A stretch of DNA of 58,545 bases, the filler included, from Sphacelaria rigidula (taxonomy: Eukaryota): the NCBI GenBank assembly GCA_964200075.2. It is 10 parts of 10 records of this genome, joined end to end, with 100 filler letters (N's around TTAATTAATTAA, not from the genome) between each part and the next. Parts side by side here need not be neighbours in the genome. Positions count along the whole stretch, not along the records: positions 35,190 to 40,953 come from CAXNAA020024634.1; positions 41,054 to 46,817 come from CAXNAA020024635.1; positions 46,918 to 52,681 come from CAXNAA020024636.1; 7 more parts are not named here. One strand, written 5' to 3'. Position 1 is the stretch's first letter, and each line of letters starts with the position of its first letter. The notes below the pieces were generated by a model. The model saw only the letters and a list, made by a program, of their open reading frames with translations, was not told the origin of the DNA and searched no databases. Positions 36,922 to 50,200 of the stretch are shown here, in pieces. The position numbers were made by a program, and so were the translations under genes.

Positions 36922-37590
36922 TGTGTGTGTTGTCGTCCTATCTATTCTGGACGCCGGGCTACACCTTTCGGTATATATAGGCGCACCAGCCGGGGTCACA
37001 CAAGAGGAAGGTTTAAAAACAGGAGTTTTTATTTTTGTGTTTTGTGTTTTGTTTTAGTACTCCACCTTCCTTCTGCGGTGCTTGCCTTTCTTTTGATCGC
37101 GAAAGGGGTTCAGCGATCCCCTTCCCTCGTCGACCGTGAAGTCAAATTTTGTGTACACACGACATAGTCGCTCTCCAGTGTTGGGCATGGTGTGAGAAAA
37201 ACTCCCAGGTCGCTCCGGGGTTTGAACCCACGACCCAACCGTCAGAAGGATTCGAGGTTAAACAAGGTTTTCGTGAGATTGAGAGTTGGGTGCGGATTGA
37301 GAGTGGCTTTGATCGTTCGCTTTAACTTTGCCAATTTTTCATTCCGTGTGTGCTTTTCTTCGTCTCATCACTGTCATGTGCTTACAGCTACACGTTGATA
37401 CCCTACTCAAGGGTATCGAGGGCCTCAGTGGCAAGGTACTCCAGAGAGAATATTGGGCCTGGTCGAGGTGCATTTCGGAAATGAAACGGCTTATTATTCG
37501 CTAATTGATCGCTTTTCACTCTCAATCATACGTTCAACTCTCAATTTCACGAAAACGTTGTTGTTACCAAATGAGCCACCGGGGAGACCG
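36922..37590 (-). mobile_element. Full-length SINE family 1 copy, tRNA head interrupted by a MITE
   Basis: Body at 36922-37260; the head resumes at 37567 (ccaaatgagccaccggggagaccg). Confidence 0.85.
37261..37562. mobile_element. MITE (302 bp) with 28-bp TIRs and a 4-bp TSD (GTTA)
   Basis: AACAAGGTTTTCGTGAGATTGAGAGTTG / CAACTCTCAATTTCACGAAAACGTTGTT; GTTA at 37257-37260 and 37563-37566. The empty site is defined by the other SINE copies; second copy at 55597-55893. Confidence 0.88.
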
Positions 37591-39921
37591 GAACTATGTG
37601 TGTCGGAAAACGCAACCAGTTATATTCTGCCCAACGAAACATCGAATGCCATGGCCTTGTGCGGAATAATCAAAAATCAAACTGAAGGTCGTGTAATGGG
37701 GTGAGTTTCGTTGAAGAACTGAACACTCAATCGCACAGCCTGGGTGGTACTCGAAGTTAAACCTGACCCGACGCCACCGAAGGTGCGTGGGGGGGACAGG
37801 GGACAGGCATTTGTCATCGCCCGCGCCGGTGCGGAGCATGTCTTAGGGGAGCCCGAGTCCGGTGATACCAGGGCCATAAGTTGACGACCTGCACAGGGCC
37901 CTCTATGAAGTCCAACTCTAGTTGTAAAAGACGCATCGTCTAAGGTGACAACGCCACTCGTAAGATCCGGGCCAGTTTCTGGAGACAAATCGATATGTGT
38001 TCGCTGTACCTCCTGAACTTTGGTACTATGGTATCTGGAGTGGTCTTGTGGGGCCTGGGGGTGTGAGCACTGGTCTTGGGTGTTCTCCAATGTTAGGACG
38101 TCAGGGCTACGTATCTCGTAGACCGCTATGGGGGTGCGACTATTAGTGGTGACCGTCGTGGTAAAGGCGGGGTCGGCTGTGATGTCGGCAGGGCGGGGTA
38201 TGCACGACAGGCTTGGTAGTTGATATCCCAAGTGCGGGGTCGGCAGAAATTTCAGCCCTGCACTACGATGTGTCTACCGAATTCCAATCTCACGAAGTGA
38301 AGTTGGTTTCTGCTGCGGGTGAAAATTCCACCAAGAGGTTTTTTGCGACTCCCTTTTTGCGTCGTGATTCTTGCGTCGTGATTCTTCCGATCGGATCCTT
38401 GCGATATATTTTTTGCGTCGTGATTCTTGCGACCGGATCCTTGCGATAGTTTTTTACTAGATTTTTCCAGTCTTAAACCCTGATCGATTCGGTTTTTAGA
38501 ATAACTTTGTCAAACGGACACCGAACGCATCCTGCTCCAAGGGGCACCTGAACACACAGCAGTTGCCGCTGCCTGCCAAGTATCATCCTCCAAGTCGAAC
38601 TCTTGAGTGATATGCCCAGCATTGGTGCCCATGTACAAGGAAGGGTAATATCATGCTCCAAAACGTACCCGACAAGGGGGCAACATCCCCGTACAGACAG
38701 TAGCAATACTAGCGTATCCTACGTCCTGACAGTGGCAGCCGGCTAGGTGGTTATGGTAGTGTCCTTCCAGGGATGTCAACTTACAGAGCACTGGAGCAGA
38801 GTTTGTAGGTGAATATTTCGGCGATTTCCTGCTCCAAGGGGCACCTGGACACACAGCAGTTGCCGCTGCCATGTGCTCACTTTCATACCAAGCGGGGTGA
38901 GGATATACAGAGTCTATCTATGAACAACATAGATCACAATCAGTCAAGTGAAGAGTTCAGGAGCCGTTACAGTACCGGGGTGAAGCGTTGCGAATCGTAT
39001 TTTTATGGCGGCAACGGCAAAGAATGAGGTATTGGAGTAAACACGCGTAGATTACTCTCTCTCTCTCTTACCACAAATTCTTCTGAGGAGTGAGCCTGCG
39101 GATTGCTGGGAGAGTATGAGAACACCTCACGAGCGCCCATTCCTTATTGTTCAAGGTGCAACTTTACTACGTTAATTAACACCCCCTCACACAAACATCA
39201 AACCTACAACTGCACATAACGGCAGCAGCTGCTATCCGGGGTGCCCTACACTGTCCAGAGTAGTGCAGTGCAGCACCACAAAAAACAATAGTGCGTTCTA
39301 TTGGGCTGCGTATGACGCCGCACTGTTTTTCACTGCCCAACTGTTGATTGTGGGTTCTGGCGCGATCCACATGTAACATGGGACTTAGCTCCGGTTTCGG
39401 TGGATAGCACCCCCGCACGCTCGATGTTCAACTTTGATTCTGTTCAAAATTAATACCCTGCAATCCTAGAAGATCTAGTTCATCGATACATGTCAACAAA
39501 ATATATCAAAGGCGCAACGGCCGGCCGCGCGATCACTGAAGGCTCGGAGAAACCCGAGGTTGACAGGGTTCACCTGGGGTGCGATATCTTGTCACAGTAT
39601 TATAGTAGTATGTGTAGTAGCGAGCATATTTGTGCGGGGTAACGTGAGACAAGGCTCTCTTCTTCGTGCGGCAGTCTGCCCAGTGAACATACCAGGTATC
39701 GAACCGCTCACGTCCCTTGCCTGTAGACCTAGCCACCATTGTCACCTAAGGTCAGGGACATTGTAGGTGGAGTTGCGGGTCTGATTGCCGGACTCTGTGA
39801 TGGTGACCTTCATGGCGAGTAGGCTTGGGTTTGCTCTCTGGTGGAGAGAGGCTATATGGTCCTGTTCTCCTGTACTATGCTGAGGGTTAATACATAAATA
39901 ACAAAAGCTGCTGCAGTCCAT

Positions 39922-40953
39922 GTGCCCGTGATGGGAAGAGTCCACATGGCTGAACATGCAGTCGGTAGGGCGCGTCTTAACCCACGATATAGGGCAGCTG
40001 TTTCCACTGTGCAGAGCGGGAAGGAGACACAGCACGTGTGTATCAAAGCGGGGAGGCATGAGTATGCGCCCGCCGAAAGTACCTCGGTAAGAATTGGTTT
40101 GGATGCTGCTGGTATTTCTGCTGGAGAGGGCGAATATATCTCGCCGCTCGAGCAAACTGCAGGCCGCTCAGCTGTCGCTGTTGCAGTTCAGGAGTGCGCT
40201 GAGCAAAAGGTGGCGGCCGTAGCGAGTATGGATGATACTGCTGCTGCTGTTGGCGATAGTGAGAGGGCGGGGCCTACATGGGCCAATGAGCAAGTACTGG
40301 TGGGAGGAGGTCCCAGTTGCTTGTGGCCGCTGGACCAGCGCAAAGCTGGAGATACTCCTCGCATACTCGAGGCTGCAGGGGGGTGTTATTCGCGTATGGT
40401 GAACGAGGAGGGTGAGCAAGGAGCTTGCCGTGCTCATGGTGAATCTATCTGCGCCAGTGACATGGCGGGAGATCGTTCAGATGATTCGCAGGGGTGTCTG
40501 CCTGAAGGACAGGTGGATGCCGGGTTGGCGGAATTGCCGCCGGAGCAGCGCGTAGCTGTGAACACGCCTTGCACGATCGAAACAACAGAGGCGTGTGACC
40601 CGCGTGAAGCGGGTACGCAGAGCGAGCTGCAAGCTCGTGATGCTGTTAGCGATCACAATTCTGACGGCGACAACGAGCGTCGCGTGGTGTTGGGGTGGTC
40701 ATGGGCATTGATGTTCACATGGACAGCTTTGGCGTGTTTGGCGGCGATGGCGGAGGTGTCTCCACCGTTTCGCCGCGGGGTGTTTGAGGAGGATAGTGCG
40801 CCATCCGGAGGTGTTCCTGTTCGGGACTGTGTAGCTGTTCCCGTTTCGCCTCTGGTTTCCTCTGTAAAACTGACTGAAGCACAGGTGTTCAGTACTGCCC
40901 AAGTATCTGTGGAGGCAGATGATCTGTCGCATTGGTTTGGCGGTGCGAATATA
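39922..40953 (+). CDS. Long open frame (>340 codons, runs into the gap), product unknown
   Basis: Stop-free for ~1 kb, Ala/Glu/Gly-rich, one hydrophobic segment VVLGWSWALMFTWTALACLAAMA. No recognisable domain. Confidence 0.35.
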
Positions 40954-41053
40954 NNNNNNNNNNNNNNNNNNNNNNNNNNNNNNNNNNNNNNNNNNNNTTA
41001 ATTAATTAANNNNNNNNNNNNNNNNNNNNNNNNNNNNNNNNNNNNNNNNNNNN
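40954..41053. other. Artificial contig-joining spacer
   Basis: 44 N + TTAATTAATTAA + 44 N. Confidence 0.98.
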
Positions 41054-44000
41054 ACATGCGGGTGATGAGCACCAACCACTCTCCACGGACCAGTTCACAT
41101 CGCCATCATTTTTGGCGAAACTCCCGGGCGACGCACGCGTTCATACGAAACATAATCGCCTACTTCGAGATTCGGCAATTCCAGCCCCGACGAAGACCCC
41201 TCACGTCTACGCGCACGCTCAGCTGCAGCACGCTCCTGCACGTGAACGTGGAAACGTTCTTGTAAGTCCAAGACTCCTTGCAATGCACTCTTAATTTAAA
41301 CATCGTTCAGAACATCACACTTCCATTCTCCCGCCGACGAGGACGCCAGCACCGAGAAAGACGTCCGAGGGGCACGACCACACATCACGTGATACGGCGT
41401 ACTATCGTACCGACGGCGATACGCTATATTTAGCGCCCATTGCACAGCGGGCAACACATCCGCCCACTCGGTCACCTCTCGACGCTGCTCGAGAAGTTGA
41501 ACGAAGAGCACGAACTACTTCCTTCACCGTGCGTTCGCACGTACCGTTAGATCACGGAAACACGCTACCGCAAGCCGGTGATCAACGCGCAAAGCCTCTC
41601 GCAACCGAGCCAAGATCGCATTCTTAAAATGCGTGGCGGTATCACTCACCCACACACGGGGCACCCCCAAAGTTTTGCACCAATTCAGCAAAGACGCAGC
41701 AGTCGATTCAGCAGTACACACTGCTACTGGTTCCAGAGCCACAAAATTGCTCAAATCATCCATGATTACCAAAATGTATCGGAACCCATCATTCTCCGAC
41801 AAACCTTGGGAAGCTAGCGGGCCACTCTCGCCCACGTGCAAGAAGTCAAAATGAACGTCTTCATTCGGCGTGGTCCCATGGACCGTTTCACCGAGCGGGC
41901 GGGGAACAGCATCGCCCGCCCTCGAGTCAGCACAGTGAAGACACTGGCGGACGATTCGCGCACATGAGTTTCTATCCCTTGCCAGACACAAAACTCTTGC
42001 AAGCGCACGAGCGTCGCAGCCGCACCACGATGCCCGGCGTCGCGCATGTGCGCGCAAATCATCAGACGTCCCTGCAACTGCTTGTCAAAACTCGGAATCC
42101 ATACAACGTTTCGGTCTGGCATATGCACACGAAAAAGACCTTCACTGTCCAAAATAGCAGTACCAACGTCCGACTGGAAATATTGCACATCTGCACCTTC
42201 GGCCCCAAGGTCTTTTCGTTGCGCTTGGCGGACAACAGATTTGGACGGCATTGAGTCATCAGGTTCGCACGGACTATACACAGCCACAGCGCGCGCAGAT
42301 AAAGTGGGAATATTTACCCAGCGCGACAGCAAGTCGCCCCACGCCTTACGTTCAACCGAAATGTGACAAATCGTGTACTGATACTGGCCTAGTACACCTT
42401 TCCACCCCTCCAATCGCTGTGCCAACGCCTTCGACACAGACATCACGCATGCCTCCGGGTTGAAAATGTACGCTAGATCTCGGTGATCGGTGAAAATGTG
42501 TACGTCATTTCACAATAGATGCTCGAGACGACCAACAGTGTTCACGATAGCAAAAACTTACTTGCCAATGGTTGCCCAACGCATCTGTGAACCCTTGAAA
42601 TCACCACTCAGAAAAGCCAGCGGTTCATACGTCATGTCTTTAACCGGAAACCGTTGTTGCATGTCTGCATCAGGCACCTGCGTTACAAAACTACCCCAAT
42701 GACAGTCGGATGCATCCGGAAACATCAGCACCTGGCAACCGGGGCGGGGATGGAACAGCGTCACGGCATGAGCCACCAGGTCCTTCGCTGCCGCCCATGC
42801 CTGCAGCGTGTCCTCCGTCTACGAGGCGGGTGGATTAACGCAGTTTTTTGCCACCCGCTTCGTGCGCCTTGCAGCCCCCACCATGAGTTATTCTAGGAAA
42901 ACGCGCAAGGGCGCCACTACTTCGGCCATACGTGGCAACGAGGTACGCAACCAGTTCATTGCGTGCAGGAATTGCATTAGTTCTGCTGCTGTTTCTGGAC
43001 GCCGCACGTCAGACAAATCTTGCAAGCGGACCGGGCCATGCGAGACGCGACCGTGTGAGTATACTTTCCCACACCACACTAGTTTACTAGCAAAAAATGT
43101 ACGCTCTTGGGCAGCTGCAAACAGACCAACACTCTCTAAGCGAACCAAGATTGCATCAAGCGTATCATACAGTTCGTCTTCCGTATCCGCGAGGAAAAAT
43201 ACATCATCCACCCAGATCTTGCATTTCAAGCCATCTAAAAGGTCTACCATGACACCTTGAAAATAGCAAGTAGCATTCAACACGTCTTGCGGTACTCTTT
43301 GCGGAGTAAACATGCCAAAAGGAGTCGTGATGGTGAATATTTCTTGCGCCTCTTCGGCCAACGGCATCTGCCAGTACCCCTGTAGGAGGTCCAACTTACT
43401 GAAACATCGCGCACTCAACAGGTCTATCATGTCGGATTCTTGATTGAGCATGACACCCGGCGACTTCTCCACCTGATATTTGACGGCTCCGTAATCGCTG
43501 ACAAGACGGAAAGAGTCCTTCTTCGGCATTGCCATTGCTGGACTGGACCACATCGCCTGTAGATTCCTGAACATCAACCCAAACGCCACAAGTGCTCCCA
43601 TGCAAGAAGCTAACCAACTGGAATTTACCGGATCATACCTCCTCGGTTTTGCCTTCACCGCGGCCGCCCCTGGCTTCAGTGGAACCCTCATGGGTTCCAC
43701 GCGCGCAGGGGAATCACCCCTCAGCGCACGACGAAACGCGTTAACGTGGCGATACAATATGCCACGCAAGCGCTCCGCTTTCGAGGCGTTGAGGTCATTT
43801 TTCACAGCATCCGTCACGCTTTCCTCAAGCGCAGCCTTTCGCGCGGACTCTTCTTCCGCCGGCTCCATAAACATATCGGGGCCACGCTCCGCCAAGCGTT
43901 CCACCGCCTCATCACGCTCCTCGGACACCTGCCCTCCTCGCCTCCTGGAGAGTATCAACCGACAAGCTCACTCTGCGACTGGCTAAAAAGCAGGCGTCTC

Positions 44001-45738
44001 GACACTCGAACCGGGCGACGGCATTTGCGTTTTTAGGGACTCTAACAGCCGATCATATGGATCGACCCCGAGTTCCCGAAGCGTCGGTAAGCCCAGCAGA
44101 ACGACATCATCCGTCCCCGGCATGATCGCAAACGATATCGGGGGCAATTTCACTGGCCCCCAGGTCGTCCTGAACGCCAACTGTAGGGGAATCGTACTCT
44201 CCGTCACATTTATACGTTGCCCCGATGCGGTGATGGCCTGCCGCGCCCGGAGCGAGAACGGAATTCGGATTAGCTCACCGGGGAGTAGACGCTCCCGCAT
44301 CTCCACAATTAGCACCGACACGCTCGTGAAGTGGGCGCCTGAATCCAACACCGCGTCAACTGATGTGGCTCCCCGCGACCATTGATCGGGGAGATATAAC
44401 TCTGCAGCAATTTACTTGTCTTGATCCTCTACCGGCACCTGCTCCGCCGACTGATGGGTCATGATACCCACTTGGCGCCACGGCTGCGCACGCGGCGCAG
44501 GTATAGACGCCCCCGCTGGGGTCACCGGCACCGCCGGCGGGTACGAAACCCCGCCAGCCTGAACCAAATTGCAGCGGTACTCCGGCCGACGCAGCAGCGG
44601 ATCCAAAGTTCAGCTGAAAACCGGCCGGCTCCGCAGCAGGCGTCTCGCCTTGCTCTGCTTGTGGCGGCTCCGGCACCAAGCCCGACACTAGAGAGGTCGG
44701 TCCCACCTGCACCGTCCGTTGTGGAGCAGCAGCCCCTGCGGCTGAGCCGGACCCAGAACCGGACCCCTGCTGACGCCGCTGCCCCTGCTGCTGCTGCTGC
44801 TGCTGTTGGGAACTCGACTGTACACCTCCACCGCTGGATGATCCGCCTCCGCCACGACCACGATTACCTTTCCCTCCTTTGTAATTGCGAGGGCGCGCGG
44901 CAATCGTCTGCCCAGACTCTCCCTCAGAAGGCGTTGGGCACTTTCGTGCGATCTGACCTACCTGGCCACACTGATAGCAAGTAATATTGGCGGCGACACT
45001 GCCTGCGGATTTCGATCCGCGGTTAAGCGAGCTCGAAGACTGGGGCGACGAAGTGGATGATTTTCCGAATACTTCGACCCGCCGCCATGCCTGAGCTTCA
45101 GCCACCACGGTATCCATAACTAAATACGGGTCTGACTTCCAGTTTGTTTCGTGCTGTAACTGCGCAAGCACGGCTTGCTTAAATTCCGCCGGTGCCAAAC
45201 CCTCCACCACCGCTTTCGTGACCACCGCAGCGGACCCTGGGCGGAATTTCTCATCGGAGGAACGATGAACCATCTTTACGTTGGGATTTTCCAAAAAATA
45301 CGTCTCCAACTTACCCACGATGGGCTCCACCCTCTCACGCATCCTCCCCATGTGGTTCATTGCGACAGCCCTCGCCACGGCCGCGGACGCCTGTGTAAGC
45401 TTTACCTCCGCGCCTGCCGCATGCCCTGCGTACTTCTTTATCACTGCGGCCAACTGCAGCGGCGTTATGGTATGCTTTTCATGGAATCTTCTCGCGAAGA
45501 CGCGTTGGAGGGGGGTAGGCACGAGTTGCGCCATAGAAACCATCTGATACTTTACCGCACCCCCCGCATTCGCATGCTCTACCCTCTTCTTGTGCTCCAC
45601 GTATTTAGTGTAGAGCGAACGAGAAGCACCCTCAAGATATAAATTCCCGTAACTGGGCGGCCGCAACTCTTCCCTTAGAACGACTGGGGTTATAGTCGCC
45701 TCCGCTGGCTCTGTTACCGATACCTCAGTAGTCGACAT
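41054..45738 (-). mobile_element. Ty3/Gypsy LTR retrotransposon, degenerate gag-pol (gag-PR-RT-RH-IN)
   Basis: Gag from ATG 45738 with knuckle CYQCGQVGQIARKC; protease VLDSGA; RT FRLVSDY, LDLLQGYWQ, IWVDD; RNase H FPDAS; integrase HMRDAGH...CLHC, VHFDF, SDTATHF. Domain order is Gypsy; several frameshifts. Confidence 0.95.
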
Positions 45739-46053
45739 CCTCGAGCAGAAAATCGAAGATGTCTGAACCTTCTCGAACTTACAATTCACACCTGCCTTCT
45801 TCGCCGCTCCACATAGCCCTGGGGTCCTATAAACACCCGCTGTACGCAGCTCCAGCAAGTCTCCAGTCTGGATTAATCACGGGCCAGCCGCCTTCGCAGC
45901 TACCTCAGCTTGAAACCTCCTCACGTGTCCGTGAAGCTATATGCCCCAAGCTCTCACAAGCTGTCCAGACTCCTACCTGCTGAAAAGATTTCAGCAGTCT
46001 CCTAACGAAAGCACTCCTAGCACTCCTAGCACTCCTAGCACTTATATCGATAT

Positions 46054-46307
46054 TGTGACGCCAGCAGGTTGCTAGTACTGCAGCGTCTGAATGCTGTTGA
46101 GGGACTCCCCAGTGCCACTGGCCTCAAGGTCTCAGTTGTCAGCCTTCACAACACCTTATCATTCCCGGAGTGCCTTCCAGGCGGCTCCATAAACTACATC
46201 AGGGTAACACGCCTGTGTCCATGTCATCATCCATATCATCACTACAGATTCCAAGGCATCATCCAATCATCACCATATACTAAACGTGACGGCGTGATTT
46301 CGCCACA
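46054..46307 (-). mobile_element. Candidate LTR (254 bp) upstream of the Gypsy gag
   Basis: Minus strand begins TGTGGCG and ends CGTCACA (TG...CA, inverted 7-mers with one mismatch). No partner LTR on this contig. Confidence 0.5.
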
Positions 46308-46539
46308 ATACCTATCAGAAGCACACAATATTGGTCCTGTCAACAACAAATCAGGTAGCTCAATATGCAACTCGTCTCAATCCCGAGCACGAATTCGTGA
46401 GTTCAATTCCTACCACTTCAACCTCTCGACCGTGTTTTTCTGCCAGTACCATGCCCATGCTGTATGGAGTATATTGTATGGGCGCTATAAGGGCTGTGCA
46501 GCATATACTAACAACAATGAACAATACTCGGGGCGAGGT

Positions 46540-46710
46540 AACCCTGTGAAACGTACTGTGCGGCACGAAAAAGAAACTACAGCCAAATCCCCGCGACAAA
46601 CACTACACAGCTTCCCTGAAACCCTGTGAAGCGTACTGCGTGACGCAAAAAAACACCATACAGCTAAATTCCCGCGACAAACACCGCACAGTTTCCCTGA
46701 ACCCTGTAGA
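46540..46710 (+). repeat. Tandem repeat, ~80-bp unit, 2 copies plus a partial third
   Basis: aaccctgtgaa(a/g)cgtactg...cccgcgacaaacac...ttccctgaa is repeated. Confidence 0.8.
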
Positions 46711-46817
46711 CGTGCCCCACAGAATACTATCTGTCCACGTGTGACCTTTTAACAACAAATTGTGCGAATTGAGGTTTAACTTCGAGATGAGGCTCAAGCC
46801 TAAAACGGTGCTTTCCC

Positions 46818-46917
46818 NNNNNNNNNNNNNNNNNNNNNNNNNNNNNNNNNNNNNNNNNNNNTTAATTAATTAANNNNNNNNNNNNNNNNNNNNNNNNNNN
46901 NNNNNNNNNNNNNNNNN
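46818..46917. other. Artificial contig-joining spacer
   Basis: 44 N + TTAATTAATTAA + 44 N. Confidence 0.98.
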
Positions 46918-47232
46918 CTCATCCTCAATCAATAGCACCATCCTCAACATAGATGATTGGCTGTTTGTACTGTACCGTACTACTGTCTCGTGTCCAGTTT
47001 ATAACACTGTATTACCTGTGATGCTACTGTACTGTGCTGGGCTGAAATGCGCCCCTGGTTAGACCGCACGAACACTTGGTTTTAGAATACTCCCCTGGCG
47101 TACGAAATCGAACACTTGGTTGTAGAGTACTCCCTTGGCGATCCCCAGGCCAGAAGGAGCGATCTGATTTGTAAGTTTCCAAGCGAATCTGTCCTGCTGC
47201 AAGTTCAGTCTGCCAGAATCGGCAAACAAAAG

Positions 47233-50200
47233 ATGTCGACGGACGTTTCAAAACTTGTCTCAAATTGCTGGTGCGGCGACGAAGCAAGGAAGGTGCAATT
47301 TGCAAAGGTCCGCTGGCCTGCAGAGGATCGCAGGTAGCCGGTTGCAGCTACAGCTATGGCTACCGGCTCACGAGGTACGTCCACAGTGACACCCGTGGTC
47401 ATGCGGGAAAAACTGCGACCTCCCCAATACGGGGACAGGTACTCAGAGAGTGCATCTCGCACTTTTGATACAAAATACTTAGAGTACAAGAGGGGTGTGG
47501 AGCACGCTTATGCAGGGGGTGCCGTGCGACATCAGGTGGTAACTATGGCACAACAAGTGCCTACTCATGTACAGAGAGTGTTCGCTTGTTTGGAACATAA
47601 TGAGAGCACTCTCACCTCGCCGCATTGGTTGCGGCGATCAAAAAGCATGCAGGGCATGCGGCGGGCGCCGAGGTAGATCTGACCCAAGCGTCCGCGGCCG
47701 TGGCGAAAGCTGTCGCATTGAATTCTCGGGGAGAAACGATGTTGACCGTGTGGAGCCCATCTTGACTAATTTGGAGAAGTACTTGACGGGAAATCCGAAC
47801 GTAGAACTAGTAAATCGTTCCATAGATGGTGAGTTCATTCCCGGCCCGGCAGCAGTAATCACTAAGACTTTGGTGGAAGGGTTGGCACCGGAAAATTTCA
47901 CGCAAACCGTGCTTGTCAAGCTGCAGCACCAATCAGATTGGAAGGACGACCCATTCCTCGTGATGAGCACCGTCGTGGCCGTGGCCAAGGAGTGGCGTAA
48001 AATAGAGGTGTTCGGCCAGTCGTCCACCTCTTCGCCGAAATCTTTGCGCAACCATGGCTCGAAATCGGCTGGTAGCGCCGCGAGTATTACTTGCCACTGC
48101 TGTGACCAGGTCAGCCATTACGCGCGCGATCGCCCAACGTCTTCCGGTGGAGAGTCTGGGCAGTCTAGTGCCGCGCGCCATCAGCATAGTAAGCACAAGG
48201 GCAAAAGACGAGGTAATCGTGGTGGCGGCGGCGGATCCTCCGGCGATAGAGGGTCGCAGGCGAGCCCTCAGCAGCAGCAGCAGCAGCAGCAGAAATAGCA
48301 GCAGCAGGGGCAGCGGCGTCAGCATGGGCCTGGCTCTGGGTTCGGCGCCGCCGTAGGTGCTGCTGCTCCGCAACGGGCGGTACAGGTGGGCCCGACTTCT
48401 ACAGAGTCGAACACTGCGCCAGCGCCGGTGGTGGCGCCGGCGGCGACACCGGCAGCAGCGCTAGGCGTGACGCCTGTTGACGCGCTAGTCGGAGGGTCGC
48501 CAAATTATTTGTTTTCTGGCTGGGGGGCGTACCTGCCCGCGGTGCCGTTTGAACCTGCCGGGGCGTCTTCGCCTCCGCAGCTTGCGCAGCTTGCGCAGCT
48601 TGCGCAGCCGTGGCGTCGAGTGGGATTAGCGGCGCATAGGTCAGCGGAAGAAGTTCCCGTGGAGCTTGCCGAGAGATACATTACGGCGGAGTTATGTCTT
48701 CCGAATCAACGGCAGCGCGGAACCATTGTCGTTCGGTCTGTGTTGGATTCTGGCGCCCATTTCACTAGTCTGCCGGTGCAGACGGGTGATATGCTGGAGC
48801 ATCAACTCCCGGGTGTGCCGCTGCGCATCCCGTTTCCGCTCGGGGCGCGGCAGGCAGTCACCGGATCAGGTCAGCATGTTTCAGTCACGAAGCATACTGT
48901 TCCGTTGTAGCTAGCCTTCAAGACTGCTTGGGGGCTGGCGCCGGTGCCTCCGATCTCGTTTGCGACAATGCCAGGTTCGGATGGCGTTGTTCTTCTGGGG
49001 CTGTCGACACTACAGGATCTAGTACTCGACCCGTATGAGCGGTTGAAGGAATCCATCAATACGCGGCTGTCTCCGCCTGGTCCGCACGTGGTGACGGCCG
49101 CCTTTTTGGGCGGTCGTCGCGTGAGCTTGTCAGTGGATTTTCAGCAGACTGGGGGGCAGGTGACCGAGGAGCAGGATGCGGCGGTGGAACGCTAGTAGAG
49201 CGCGGCCCGGATATGTTCATGGACCAGGCGGAAAAGGAGTCCGCTCGGAAGGTCGCGCTGGAGGAGAGCGTGACGGATGCTGTGGCGAAAGGCGCCAGCA
49301 TCCCCAAAGCGGAACGCCTGCGCGGCATCTTGCATCGCCGCGTCAACGCGTTTCGTCGTGCGCTGCGGGGTAATCCCCCTGCGCGCGTGGAGCTCATGCG
49401 TGTTCAGCTGAAACCTAGGGCGTCCGCGGTGAAGACGAAGCTGCGGCGGTACGATGCAGTGAAGCCGAGTTGGTTGGCATTGTACATGGCGGCTCTTTTG
49501 GCGCTCGGGTTGGCGTTACAGAATTTGCAGGCGGGGTGGTCCGGTCCAGATATGGCGTTTCCGAAGAAGGCTGCATCGTGGACGGAGGGCAGACTGCAGG
49601 CGTGGGCGGCAGCGAAGGATCTGGTGGCTCATGCCGTGACGCTGCTCCATTCTCGTCAGGAATGTCAGGTGTCAATGTTTTCGGATGCATTTGGGTGCCA
49701 TTGGGGTAGTTTTTTAACGCAGGTGCCTACAGTTGAAATTGAAATGCCTGTGCGCGATGTGGCTGTGTATGGTCCGTGTGAACCTGATGACTCGATGCCG
49801 TCCAAATCTGTTGTTCGCCAAGCGCAACGAAAAGACCTTGGGGCCGAAGATGCGGATGTGCAATCTTTCGAGTCGGACGTTGGTATTGCTATCTTGGACA
49901 ATGAAGGTATGTTTCGTGTGCATGTACGTGACCGAAACGTTTTGTGGATTCCGAGTTCTGACAAGCAGTTGCAGGTACGTCTGATGCGTAGCGCGCACAT
50001 GCGCGACGCTGGGCATCGTGGTGTGGCTGCGGCGCCCGTCCGCTACCAAGAGTTTTGTGTCTAGCAGGGGGGATAGAAACTCATGTGCGCGAATTTGTCC
50101 GCCAGGGTCTTCACTGTGCTGACTTGAGGGCGGGCGATGTTGTTCCCCACCCGCTCGGCGAAACGATCCATGGGACCACGCCGAATGAAGTCGTTTATTT

